A DNA stretch of 64,000 nucleotides, taken from positions 22,378-86,377 of the forward strand of contig JAIPBS010000013.1 in the NCBI GenBank assembly GCA_021738625.1. Reading direction: 5' to 3'. The position numbers were made by a program, and so were the translations under genes. The notes below the pieces were generated by a model. It was not told the DNA's origin, ran no database searches, and saw only the letters and a list, made by a program, of their open reading frames with translations. The first letter of the stretch is position 1, and each line of letters begins with the position of its first letter. This DNA is from Bacteroidales bacterium (lineage in GTDB: Bacteria > Bacteroidota > Bacteroidia > Bacteroidales > JAIOZK01). This document shows, piece after piece, positions 27,162 to 36,626 of the stretch.

Positions 27162-27431
27162 ATGAAAAAGAGCTTATCCATCAGGGTAAAGGGGAGGGTA
27201 CAAAACGTTGGGTTCAGGTATCATACCAACAAAAATGCGAATGAACTTGGCATCAAAGGCTTTGTTCAAAACAAACCCGATGGGTCTGTATACCTTGAAG
27301 CAGAAGGCGAAGAAAGTGATCTTCAGAAACTGGTTGACTGGCTGCACCGGGGCCCGGGCTGGGCGGAAGTGAAAGAGGTTGATATTACGGAACAACCCTT
27401 ACAGCAATATAATTGCTTCAAAGTAAGATGA
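27162..27431 (+). CDS. acyP: Acylphosphatase
   Basis: GRVQNVGFR, GFVQNKPDGSV and GP..A.V motifs. Confidence 0.92.
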   Translation: MKKSLSIRVKGRVQNVGFRYHTNKNANELGIKGFVQNKPDGSVYLEAEGEESDLQKLVDWLHRGPGWAEVKEVDITEQPLQQYNCFKVR

Positions 27432-27439
27432 AAGTTTTC

Positions 27440-28102
27440 TCATTTTTTGATGGCCCTTGTAATCTCCCTTTTGCCTTCGGGCCCCTCAAGCGATTCCACT
27501 AGAAATCCGCAGGCTTTTAAGCTCCTTCTGAATTTTCCACTGGCTGCATATGTGATAAAAATACCATCTTCCTGCATTGCACCGAAAATCTTTTTAAAAA
27601 CAACCTCCTGCCAAACTTCTTCTTGTTTTGAAGGTGCGAAGGCATCGAAATATACCAACTTGTATCTTTTGTTTAGCGGTTGAAACGCTTCAATTGAATC
27701 ATTGATCTTTGTCAAATCAAAGCTCTTTTTGATGCTTATTGTTCGTCCCCACGGAGCCTGGTGAAACCGATCGAAAAGGTCACGCTCCCCGAGCAGCTTA
27801 GGATAATTCAGCTTTTTCCATAAATCTTCCTCAAGTGGAAAAGTTTCAAGGGCGTCATAACTGATCTTAACTGCTGTGCGCTTTGCTTTAAGGCATGTAA
27901 GAAAAGCATTCAATCCGGTTCCAAATCCCATCTCAAGGATTTGAATTTCTTTGTTCTCGTTCAGCAAAGGTCCCAGGCCACGTTGGATAAAAATATGGTG
28001 TGATTCAGCAATGGCCCCGTTCACCGAATGGAAATGTTCGTTCATTTCAGGAAGGTATATGGTATGGCTTCCATCGGCGGTGATAATTAATTCTCTTTTC
28101 AA
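27440..28102 (-). CDS. mnmD: tRNA mnm5s2U34 methyltransferase (MnmC N-terminal domain-like)
   Basis: TADGSHT, FHSVNGAIAES, LEMGFGTGLN, YFDAFAP and GKRE motifs. Confidence 0.88.
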   Translation of the reverse strand: MKRELIITADGSHTIYLPEMNEHFHSVNGAIAESHHIFIQRGLGPLLNENKEIQILEMGFGTGLNAFLTCLKAKRTAVKISYDALETFPLEEDLWKKLNYPKLLGERDLFDRFHQAPWGRTISIKKSFDLTKINDSIEAFQPLNKRYKLVYFDAFAPSKQEEVWQEVVFKKIFGAMQEDGIFITYAASGKFRRSLKACGFLVESLEGPEGKREITRAIKK

Positions 28103-29394
28103 AAGTCGGGATTTTTATTGTAAAGAAAATCGATTTTTTTCACCTTTGAATTCCACTCCAAATCAACAACAACTTCAAAGGAAGGATAACCCAGCACTTG
28201 AATACGGTCATCGGTAGCCAGGATGATCCGCTGCTGAAGGGGCTCAAAAGTGATCTGTTTTATACCGGATTGGCTGATAACCGGATAAATCAAATGGCCT
28301 TCCGGCTCGTAGAGATATACCTTTTTATCCGTTGCCAGCAGAAAATGAGTTTCATCGATACGTGCAATGTAATTTATCCTGAAGTCAAACTGGTTTTGTT
28401 CGCTGATGATGTTTGATGAAGGTGTGTACCGGAAGGTGCCGCCGTGGGTTGAACCGGAAAAACAAAGTAACTGTTCTTCATACAGTGCATAAAAACCGAG
28501 CACGCTGTCCTGGATGAGTTTCCTGTGTATGAAAACACCTGTCTCCCTGTAATAAACCATGATATGATGGCTGCTGCCTAAACGTTTTCGGGAATCCGAG
28601 ATCAGGAAATTGTTAAAAACAAAGATCTTTTCAGGAACCGTATCGGGATTGGTAAGAATGTTAAACTTTGGATTTTGATTAACATCCATACCGTAAATCT
28701 CACCATTTTCTGTTGACAGGTATATGATGTTTTCATGCAGTAGCAGGTCGGTAAAGAGAGGATATGGCTGATGCGCCTGTTCGCTCCAGTTTGTCAGGCC
28801 GGTGCTCAGATCGAGTGAGTAGGTATAAGAAGGATCGTTCAGGGCAATGAAAAACTGCCTGCCCGGAGAATAAATTGCCGATCCCACAAAATCTCCTTCA
28901 TAATCCATGATGTGCTCTGTGTTATAATTTTTATCGAGGGTTTTAACCGACAGCAGGCCCGACGCCTCCAGGGTGCTTACAACAATTTTTTCCAGCTCCA
29001 GCGGTGCCTCGTTTACATAAACCTTAACAAAATCACTGGATACGTTTTCGGTATTGTAGGCAGTAGCTTTGATGTAGTAATTTCCCGTTGGAATATCATT
29101 GTCATAAACCACACTGTTGATATCGAAAATATACTCGGTTTGATTGTCAATTTCAGTTGAGAACAGCAAAACGGGATTTTGGAGATGTTCGTTTACAAGT
29201 TGAATCTTTAAGAAGTTAACCCCATTTTCATCAGTAACCTTTCCCCTGATGTTGATGGTATCGGGAATGCTGATCTGGTATTCCTGAGGAGGAAAGCTAA
29301 TTTCGACAAGAGGCAATGAGTTGTTTTTGTCTTCACAGCTCATAAAAAACAAAAGCAATCCTGGAAAAATTAAGATTTTTAACAGCGATTTCAT
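28099..29394 (-). CDS. Hypothetical lipoprotein (Ig-like domain plus probable beta-propeller)
   Basis: Lipobox FFMSC, P.VEI..P Ig-like start and a beta-rich C-terminal region. Confidence 0.65.
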   Translation of the reverse strand: MKSLLKILIFPGLLLFFMSCEDKNNSLPLVEISFPPQEYQISIPDTINIRGKVTDENGVNFLKIQLVNEHLQNPVLLFSTEIDNQTEYIFDINSVVYDNDIPTGNYYIKATAYNTENVSSDFVKVYVNEAPLELEKIVVSTLEASGLLSVKTLDKNYNTEHIMDYEGDFVGSAIYSPGRQFFIALNDPSYTYSLDLSTGLTNWSEQAHQPYPLFTDLLLHENIIYLSTENGEIYGMDVNQNPKFNILTNPDTVPEKIFVFNNFLISDSRKRLGSSHHIMVYYRETGVFIHRKLIQDSVLGFYALYEEQLLCFSGSTHGGTFRYTPSSNIISEQNQFDFRINYIARIDETHFLLATDKKVYLYEPEGHLIYPVISQSGIKQITFEPLQQRIILATDDRIQVLGYPSFEVVVDLEWNSKVKKIDFLYNKNPDF

Positions 29395-29464
29395 TCAAAA
29401 ATGACGTATTAGATTTGAGAAATATACTAAATTTACACGAATTGTAATACATAACGAGAAAATC

Positions 29465-30175
29465 ATGCTGGGACATATCAACATCGAAAGAATCGTATTT
29501 CTTGACATTGAAACCGTTCCCCAATTTCCTGATTACGACTTACTCTCTGAAAATTTCAAAAAGCTTTGGGATAGAAAATGTGAATTTATTCGGTCAGAAA
29601 CGGGTGACACACCGGATATGCTTTATGAACGGGCGGGCATATATTCTGAATTCGGTAAGATCGTTTGCATTTCTGTCGGGATTATGAAAAACAATGAAGT
29701 ACGCATTAAGTCCTATTTCGGTGATGATGAATCGGTTTTGTTAAAAGATTTTGCCTATTTGCTAAAAACCTATTACAACGCCAAGGATTACTTCCTTTGT
29801 GCACATAACGGAAAGGAATTCGATTATCCTTACATAGCCAGAAGAATGCTTGTCAATGGCATTAACATCCCTCCCATGCTCGAACTTGCAGGAAAAAAGC
29901 CCTGGGAAGTGCCGCATCTCGACACCATGGAACTATGGAAATTCGGTGATTTCAAAAATTATACATCCCTTGAGCTACTGGCAGCGATTTTTAATATCCC
30001 AACCCCCAAGGACGACATACGGGGCAGTGATGTTGCCCGTATTTACTGGAAGGAAAAGGACCTGGAACGCATCGCCGTCTACTGCCAGAAAGATGTGCTC
30101 ACCATTATTCAACTGTTCCTGAAATACCAGCTCAGACCCTTGCTTAAAGCAGAACAGGTGGTTTATGTCGAATAA
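29465..30175 (+). CDS. PolB-like DEDD 3'-5' exonuclease
   Basis: FLDIETVP, AHNGKEFDYP, LDTMELW and YCQKDV motifs. Confidence 0.88.
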   Translation: MLGHINIERIVFLDIETVPQFPDYDLLSENFKKLWDRKCEFIRSETGDTPDMLYERAGIYSEFGKIVCISVGIMKNNEVRIKSYFGDDESVLLKDFAYLLKTYYNAKDYFLCAHNGKEFDYPYIARRMLVNGINIPPMLELAGKKPWEVPHLDTMELWKFGDFKNYTSLELLAAIFNIPTPKDDIRGSDVARIYWKEKDLERIAVYCQKDVLTIIQLFLKYQLRPLLKAEQVVYVE

Positions 30176-30296
30176 GATGTTTATTTAGATTGGTTATTAA
30201 TTGGAGGCATGCAGGAAAGATCAATTGACTGTAGGAATCTTTTTGTTGATATATGTTTTATATTTGTGGCTCCAAAACCCTTTAAACACCGGCATT

Positions 30297-31571
30297 ATGA
30301 ATAAGAACCTGCTTCTGGCAATCGTTGTAGCGTTGCCAATGTTCCTGGTAGCTCAGGATGAAAAACCCAAATTTGGGATCACCTTCCATGGATTTGTTAA
30401 AACCGATATCTTTTACGATTCACGGCAAAGCGTGGCTGTTCGTGAGGGACATTTCTACCTGTACCCAAAACAGGATCTGCTTGACGCAGATGGAAACGAC
30501 ATCAATGCCAATCCGAGTTTCAATATTCTGTCGGTCCAAACCCGCTTAAAGGGGGTCATTAGCGGACCCGATGTGTTGGGTGCGAAAACTTCGGCAGTTA
30601 TTGAAGGTGCTTTTTTCGGACATACCGAGATGGATGTAAACGGATTTCGCTTGCGTCATGCCTTTGCCAAATTGAACTGGACCTCCACCGAATTACTTGT
30701 CGGGCAATACTGGCATCCCATGTTCGTAACGGAATGCTTTCCGGGCACCGTGTCTTTCAATACGGGTGCGCCTTTTCAACCTTTTACAAGAAATCCACAA
30801 GTACGTCTGACAAAGTATTTCGGGAACTTCTCCGCAGCCTTGTCGGCACTTTCCCAAAGAGATTTTGCTGATGGAGGTCCGCAAGGCGCAAGTTCGGTTT
30901 ATCTCAGGAACAATGTCATACCCGAATTGAACCTCATCCTGAAATATCACAATAAAAACGAAAATGGAAATGAATTTCTTTTCGGAATTGCAGGTAATTA
31001 CAAAAGCCTCCGCCCCAGGCTCGAATCGATGATCAACCTGCCAGAGGCCACACTTAGGTATGAAACCGACGAAAAAGCACAGGGCTTTTCAGGTATGGCA
31101 TTTATGAAAGTGAAAATCCCGGCCCTCACCTTTAAGGTTGAAGGCATTTACGGACAATGCACCTACGGTTGGACGATGCTTGGCGGTTATGCAGCCCACA
31201 GCATGCTGGACGAATCCAAAAACATTTATGACTACAGCCCGCTGGATGTGGTTTCTTTATGGACCGATATCCACACAAATGGGAAAAACTGGCAGTTCGG
31301 TATCTTTGGAGGATATACCAAAAATAACGGTTCGGCCGACGATATTATGACGCCCATTTATGCCAGAGGATATTCAACCGGCAGTTACATCGACTATGTG
31401 TACAGGATATCCCCGCGCGTGATCTATAATGTCGGCAAAATGCGGTTCGCCGCCGAACTGGAAAACACCACTGTTGGTTATGGAAAAAATATCGACAGTA
31501 AGGGACTGGTGATCGACCCTGAGGACGTTTCTAATTTCAGAGTACTGTTTGCTGTTTATTATTTCTTTTAG
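30297..31571 (+). CDS. Outer-membrane porin (DcaP-like)
   Basis: Signal peptide, GFVKTD, FRLRHAF, LLVGQYWHPM and RNPQVR motifs; terminal aromatic residues YYFF. Confidence 0.75.
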   Translation: MNKNLLLAIVVALPMFLVAQDEKPKFGITFHGFVKTDIFYDSRQSVAVREGHFYLYPKQDLLDADGNDINANPSFNILSVQTRLKGVISGPDVLGAKTSAVIEGAFFGHTEMDVNGFRLRHAFAKLNWTSTELLVGQYWHPMFVTECFPGTVSFNTGAPFQPFTRNPQVRLTKYFGNFSAALSALSQRDFADGGPQGASSVYLRNNVIPELNLILKYHNKNENGNEFLFGIAGNYKSLRPRLESMINLPEATLRYETDEKAQGFSGMAFMKVKIPALTFKVEGIYGQCTYGWTMLGGYAAHSMLDESKNIYDYSPLDVVSLWTDIHTNGKNWQFGIFGGYTKNNGSADDIMTPIYARGYSTGSYIDYVYRISPRVIYNVGKMRFAAELENTTVGYGKNIDSKGLVIDPEDVSNFRVLFAVYYFF

Positions 31572-31590
31572 AACATTTTTTGAAACATAT

Positions 31591-31690
31591 ACTGGATCTT
31601 ATTAAAAATGCAAAACATTTTTTTGTTAGATTCAGTTATACCGATTGGAGCAGGAGGCCAATCATTGCAAACCTGTTCCGAATCGGTATC
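31591..31690. repeat. Dispersed twin-hairpin repeat, copy 2
   Basis: Aligns end to end with 15640-15740 and 42310-42408. Confidence 0.9.
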
Positions 31691-31697
31691 GAATGCC

Positions 31698-31729
31698 AAA
31701 GCCTGCAATGTAAGTTGCAGGTTTTTTTT
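31698..31729 (+). terminator. Intrinsic terminator downstream of the porin gene and repeat
   Basis: GCCTGCAA-TGTAAG-TTGCAGGT followed by a T-run. Confidence 0.7.
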
Positions 31730-31765
31730 GGCCAAAAAGTATCAATGATTTAAATTTACAACTGT

Positions 31766-33232
31766 ATGGAAAAACATGTATTATCAAAATCCACCTTCAT
31801 CCGGGGTGCTCAGTGCCTTAAATCATTGTACCTTCATAAAAAGCGTCCTTTTTTGCGCGACAGGCTTTCCGCTGTCCAGCGTGCGAAATTCAAACGGGGG
31901 GCTGATGTTGGTGTGCTGGCTCAGCAATTGTTTCCTGGAGGGATAAACCTCAAACCAAAATCGCCTTCTCAATACCGAAAAGCTGTTGCTGCCACAGATG
32001 ATGCAATAAAAGACAGAAGCATTAATGTTATCTATGAAGCAGGATTTCAGTATGATGGGGTGATCGTTTTTCTGGATGTTCTGGTTCGTGATGACAGCGG
32101 CTGGAGAGCCTACGAAGTTAAAAGCAGCAAAAAGATCAGCGAAACATATTTGACCGACGCTGCTTTGCAGTATTTTGTGATCAACAATTCCGGTCTTCAT
32201 TTAAATGATATTTCAATCGTTTACATTGATGAAAATTACAGGCTTGATGAAATGCTTGAAATTTCTGCATTGTTTAAAACCGAAAGCGTTTTGACTGAAA
32301 TATGCCAAAAACAGAATTACATAAGACAACAGATTCTTAAGGAAAAAGAGGTGCTGCAACTGAAGCATTCTCCCAGGATTGATATAGGACCTCATTGCTA
32401 TCACCCTTATCCCTGTGATTTTATCGGACATTGCTGGAAGCATATCCCCAACCCCTCAATTTTCGACCTGTTGGGAACATGCAATAAACTTGCATATCAG
32501 CTACATGCAGAAGGTAAAACAAGTTATCAGTACGAGGAGATTATTTCAACACTTAGCCCTGAAGAACAAAAACTGGCCAGTCTGCTTCGAGTCAGTGCCG
32601 AGAAGATTGATTGCGATAGCATGCAAAAAGTAATTAAAGCGGAAAGTACAGGACGGTTATATTTTGTGCAGATTCTTATGAACCGGCCATCCATCCCCCA
32701 TCAAAAGGGTTATCGTCCTTATCAGGCAATTCCTGCAGCGATTTCCGTACTTTTTTCAGATGGGGGTAATTCAGAAATCCGGACAAAGATTTTCCGTTTT
32801 GATGAAAATGTCGAGCGTGCTTTTCTGGAATTCTGCAACCTTATATTTAATCAACCCGGGACGATTTTTACTTATACCGAACATATCAGAGAATTCATGT
32901 ACTGGTTTAGCGAGCATGCAAAGGTTGATCAGGAAGATTTTGAATTCTTTAATTTGATTGACATTCCCAACGAATACACTTACTTCCATCCGGAATTGTT
33001 CCCAGATCACACGATTGATAATCTTAAAAAGTTTTTAAACCGGGATTTGAAACCCAGTCATTCCGAAAATCTTTTACTTATGGATTACAACGCGGCATAT
33101 TTCACCGATTCATTTAATAAAAATGAAATATTGCAAACCACTTTAAAGGATTATCTTGTATCTTGTGTTGAAACGCAAAGATTTTTTTATAACTTTATTC
33201 TTGCGAAATGCGGGACAGAGAGCTGGGATTAA
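31766..33232 (+). CDS. DUF2779-family protein: Cas4/RecB-like nuclease domain plus a degenerate C-terminal domain
   Basis: LSKS...QCLKSLYL, IYEAGF, LDVLV...YEVKSS, DAALQYFV and C-x5-C-x5-C (CYHPYPCDFIGHC). Confidence 0.75.
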   Translation: MEKHVLSKSTFIRGAQCLKSLYLHKKRPFLRDRLSAVQRAKFKRGADVGVLAQQLFPGGINLKPKSPSQYRKAVAATDDAIKDRSINVIYEAGFQYDGVIVFLDVLVRDDSGWRAYEVKSSKKISETYLTDAALQYFVINNSGLHLNDISIVYIDENYRLDEMLEISALFKTESVLTEICQKQNYIRQQILKEKEVLQLKHSPRIDIGPHCYHPYPCDFIGHCWKHIPNPSIFDLLGTCNKLAYQLHAEGKTSYQYEEIISTLSPEEQKLASLLRVSAEKIDCDSMQKVIKAESTGRLYFVQILMNRPSIPHQKGYRPYQAIPAAISVLFSDGGNSEIRTKIFRFDENVERAFLEFCNLIFNQPGTIFTYTEHIREFMYWFSEHAKVDQEDFEFFNLIDIPNEYTYFHPELFPDHTIDNLKKFLNRDLKPSHSENLLLMDYNAAYFTDSFNKNEILQTTLKDYLVSCVETQRFFYNFILAKCGTESWD

Positions 33233-33254
33233 TACATAACTGACAACACCCCCA

Positions 33255-36200
33255 ATGAATAAAATCATGCATAAAAGCATTCTTGGTTTGTTTTTTTTTG
33301 TGGCCTTTGGGTTATCCGATTGCCCGGGCCAACACAACAACATCAACTTCGAAAGCTTAACAAACAGGGATGGGCTATCACAAGGTACTATTTTTGCGAT
33401 CCTGCAAGACAGCAGGGGATTCATGTGGTTTGGAACAAAGGACGGCCTGAACAAATATGATGGAAACCGGTTTGTGGTTTACAATTACGTTTTTAAAAAC
33501 GAAAACAGCTTATCGAACAATCAGGTATTTTGTCTTGCGGAAGACGAAGATGAAAATCTTTGGATCGGGACCAACGGCGGAGGCCTGAACAAACTGGATC
33601 TGGAAACTGAAAAAATTACCAGAATTGAAAAGCAAAATGATTCCCTTTTTAACATACCCGGAGAAATCATTACCTCTCTTTTATTCGTTCCCCCGCATAC
33701 TCTTTGGGTGGGAACGCTGGATAAAGGCACTGTTTTACTCAATACAAAGACCGGAGAAAGCCGGTTGTTCCTCCACGACGAAACCGATCAACATAGTATT
33801 TCCGGAAATACCTGCCGTGACATCGAGTTGGGAATGAACGGCCATGTTTATTTTGGGATGGATTTAAGCCTGTTTTGCGAATATGACCCGAAACGGGAAA
33901 TGTTTTTTACGTATCGCCCCCATTCTTCTATGAATAAAGATATCCATATGAATATAATCATGACACTTGATCGCGATCAGGAGGGGAATATATGGATGGG
34001 TGATTTTGGAAAAGGATTGTACAGATTTGACCCGGGCACAAAAAGTTTTACCCACTACAAAACCAGGGAATTAGAGCGACCAGAGATAATAGGAGATTTT
34101 ATCAGGGATATTTTAATATTGGATTCACTGATTTATCTGGCAAGCGAAGGCTGGGGGCTAGGTGTTTTTAACATTCACACCCATAAAACTATTTGGTATG
34201 ATAGCAACAAGGCGGGCGGTAGCTCTTTACTTACCGACGGATTATTAAGCCTTTATGAGGATAAGAGTGGTATTGTCTGGATCGGGACCAACGGCAAAGG
34301 GATCAATCTGATTGCACCGCATACCAATAATTTCATATCCTTTGCTGATGAGAAAAGAACACAAAAAACAAAGGATTACATGAGCGTACGCGGTTTGCTT
34401 AAGCAAAACGATAGCCTTTGGGTTACGGGTTATGGTGGAATTCATTTATATCCCGGTAAAAACACCACTTCTGTTAAAAGGCACGAATCCACGCATATAT
34501 ACTGCCTCGAGCCTGATCCTGATGACCCTTCATTTTTGTGGGCCGGAGATGAGGGGGGCGGACTGATTAAATTGCATAAAGATAGATTCAGACTTGAATA
34601 TCTGCCCAGCACAGAGAAGTTCGAGCCCGGCAAGATTTTCGGCGTGGCGGTTTTTGATTTGCTGATGGATGAGGATTTCCTTTGGATATGCACCAGCACA
34701 GCCTTAAACAAGTTAAACAGGAAAACAGGAGGGATTGAATATTTCAGGCATTTCAAGGCAGATCCCAAAAGCTTGAACAAGGGCAGGGTCATGTCGATCC
34801 TAAAGGACCATGATGGCAAATACTGGGTGGGGACCAATATCGGTGGCGTTGGTGTTTTTGACGGAGAAAACAACTATTTTGAAAAATATGTACACGAGAA
34901 ATCCGATACTTCAGGCTTAAGCAACAACAACATAACAGCCATATTCGAAGATTCAAATCACAATATATGGATATGTACGCACGGAGGATTGAACAAATAC
35001 CTGCCTGAGACTGGAACTTTTGAGCTTTACACCGAACAGGATGGCTTACCCAGCAATGTGGTGTATGCGGCGCTCGAAGATACAAAAGGGTACTTATGGC
35101 TCAGTACCAATATGGGTTTATCACGTTTTGATCCGCGTGAAGAAAAATTTAGGAATTTCGATCTTAACGACGGTTTGCAAGGCAATGAATTCAATACGGG
35201 CGCCTATCATAAAGCTAAGGATGGAGAATTGATTTTCGGGGGAGTGAACGGCTTTACAAGATTCTATCCCGGTCAGATCATGAACAATCCCTACAAGCCG
35301 CCTGTAGTTTTTACATATCTTGAAATAAAAGGAAAGAACACCACTCCAAACATACCCATTACAAACCATGATCGGATAGAACTCAATTATGATGAGGCGA
35401 TTTTTTCGATCGGCTTTGCTGCCCTGAATTATTTTAAACCTCAAAAAAATCTTTACAAATACCGTATTAAAGGCATTGAGCGGGGTTCAACCGAATGGAT
35501 CGATCTGCGGAACCAAAACAGCATTGATTTCATTGGGCTTGATCCGGGAAATTATGTATTACAATTGGCTGCAGCCAATAACGACGGCGTTTGGAATATG
35601 TCGGGCAAATCACTTCAAATCAACATTATCCCTCCTTTCTGGCAAATGTGGTGGTTTCGCATATTGATTATGGTCATGCTGATCTTTTCCGTGATCATGC
35701 TGGTACATATGCGGATAAAGCAGGTGCGTAAAAAGCAGTTTACCCTGCAAAACCTTGTTGATGAACGAACCAGAGAACTCAAGTTAGCCAATCAAAGCAA
35801 GGATAAGTTTTTTTCTATCATAGGCCATGATCTGAAAAGCCCTCTGAGCACCATCGTCAGCTTTTCCGATTTGCTGAACAAAGAATATGATCAGCTTGAA
35901 GACATTGAAAAACGAGAGTTTGTGACTGCAATATGCAAATCGTCTGAGAACCTGCTGAAATTAACGGACAACTTACTGAATTGGGCACGAGCACAAAGCG
36001 GCCGCATCAAGCCAGAAACTACATTAATCAATATTTCTAAGATCACCGAAGAAAACATTTCTCTGTTAAAACAACAGGCCGGAAACAAAAATATTATATT
36101 GGAAAACAGGATCGGTCATGATTGCAAAGTATATGCCGATGGCGACATGGTTAAAACCGTGATCCGAAATTTACTGTCCAATGCGGTGAAGTTTACCCCG

Positions 36201-36479
36201 GAAAATGGCGTCGTTTACATCACCTCCGAAAAAATTGGTGATGAAATGCAGGTTTGCGTTCATGACAATGGCATTGGAATCCATGAAGATGATCTTGCAG
36301 GATTGTTCGAATTAGGTGAATCGGTGAAAAAAAATGGAACCAATGATGAAAAAGGCACCGGCCTGGGTTTGATTCTAAGCAAAGAGTTTATTATACTTAA
36401 CAAGGGTCGGATCTGGGCTGAAGGCATACCAGGAAAGGGAAGTAGCTTCTGTTTTACCCTTCCCCTGTCAAATAAGTAA
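33255..36479 (+). CDS. Sensor histidine kinase with periplasmic beta-propeller (Reg_prop) and Y_Y_Y domains, no receiver
   Basis: Repeated D..G..W.GT motifs, DGLQGNEFN, a TM segment after PPFWQMWWF, H-box SIIGHDLKSPL, NLLSNAVKFT, DNGIGI and GTGLGL. Confidence 0.92.
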   Translation: MNKIMHKSILGLFFFVAFGLSDCPGQHNNINFESLTNRDGLSQGTIFAILQDSRGFMWFGTKDGLNKYDGNRFVVYNYVFKNENSLSNNQVFCLAEDEDENLWIGTNGGGLNKLDLETEKITRIEKQNDSLFNIPGEIITSLLFVPPHTLWVGTLDKGTVLLNTKTGESRLFLHDETDQHSISGNTCRDIELGMNGHVYFGMDLSLFCEYDPKREMFFTYRPHSSMNKDIHMNIIMTLDRDQEGNIWMGDFGKGLYRFDPGTKSFTHYKTRELERPEIIGDFIRDILILDSLIYLASEGWGLGVFNIHTHKTIWYDSNKAGGSSLLTDGLLSLYEDKSGIVWIGTNGKGINLIAPHTNNFISFADEKRTQKTKDYMSVRGLLKQNDSLWVTGYGGIHLYPGKNTTSVKRHESTHIYCLEPDPDDPSFLWAGDEGGGLIKLHKDRFRLEYLPSTEKFEPGKIFGVAVFDLLMDEDFLWICTSTALNKLNRKTGGIEYFRHFKADPKSLNKGRVMSILKDHDGKYWVGTNIGGVGVFDGENNYFEKYVHEKSDTSGLSNNNITAIFEDSNHNIWICTHGGLNKYLPETGTFELYTEQDGLPSNVVYAALEDTKGYLWLSTNMGLSRFDPREEKFRNFDLNDGLQGNEFNTGAYHKAKDGELIFGGVNGFTRFYPGQIMNNPYKPPVVFTYLEIKGKNTTPNIPITNHDRIELNYDEAIFSIGFAALNYFKPQKNLYKYRIKGIERGSTEWIDLRNQNSIDFIGLDPGNYVLQLAAANNDGVWNMSGKSLQINIIPPFWQMWWFRILIMVMLIFSVIMLVHMRIKQVRKKQFTLQNLVDERTRELKLANQSKDKFFSIIGHDLKSPLSTIVSFSDLLNKEYDQLEDIEKREFVTAICKSSENLLKLTDNLLNWARAQSGRIKPETTLINISKITEENISLLKQQAGNKNIILENRIGHDCKVYADGDMVKTVIRNLLSNAVKFTPENGVVYITSEKIGDEMQVCVHDNGIGIHEDDLAGLFELGESVKKNGTNDEKGTGLGLILSKEFIILNKGRIWAEGIPGKGSSFCFTLPLSNK

Positions 36480-36626
36480 TGTTTATTTCGATATTGGAAT
36501 TTCTTCCCAATTTGGATATTGGCCTATAGGTGTCTGTTTTTCAGGACAAATTTTGTTAAAAAATAAATGTTGTTAAATCCGACCTAAAGGATCCTTTTCG
36601 CTTTCGATTTTATTACTTTTGATTTC

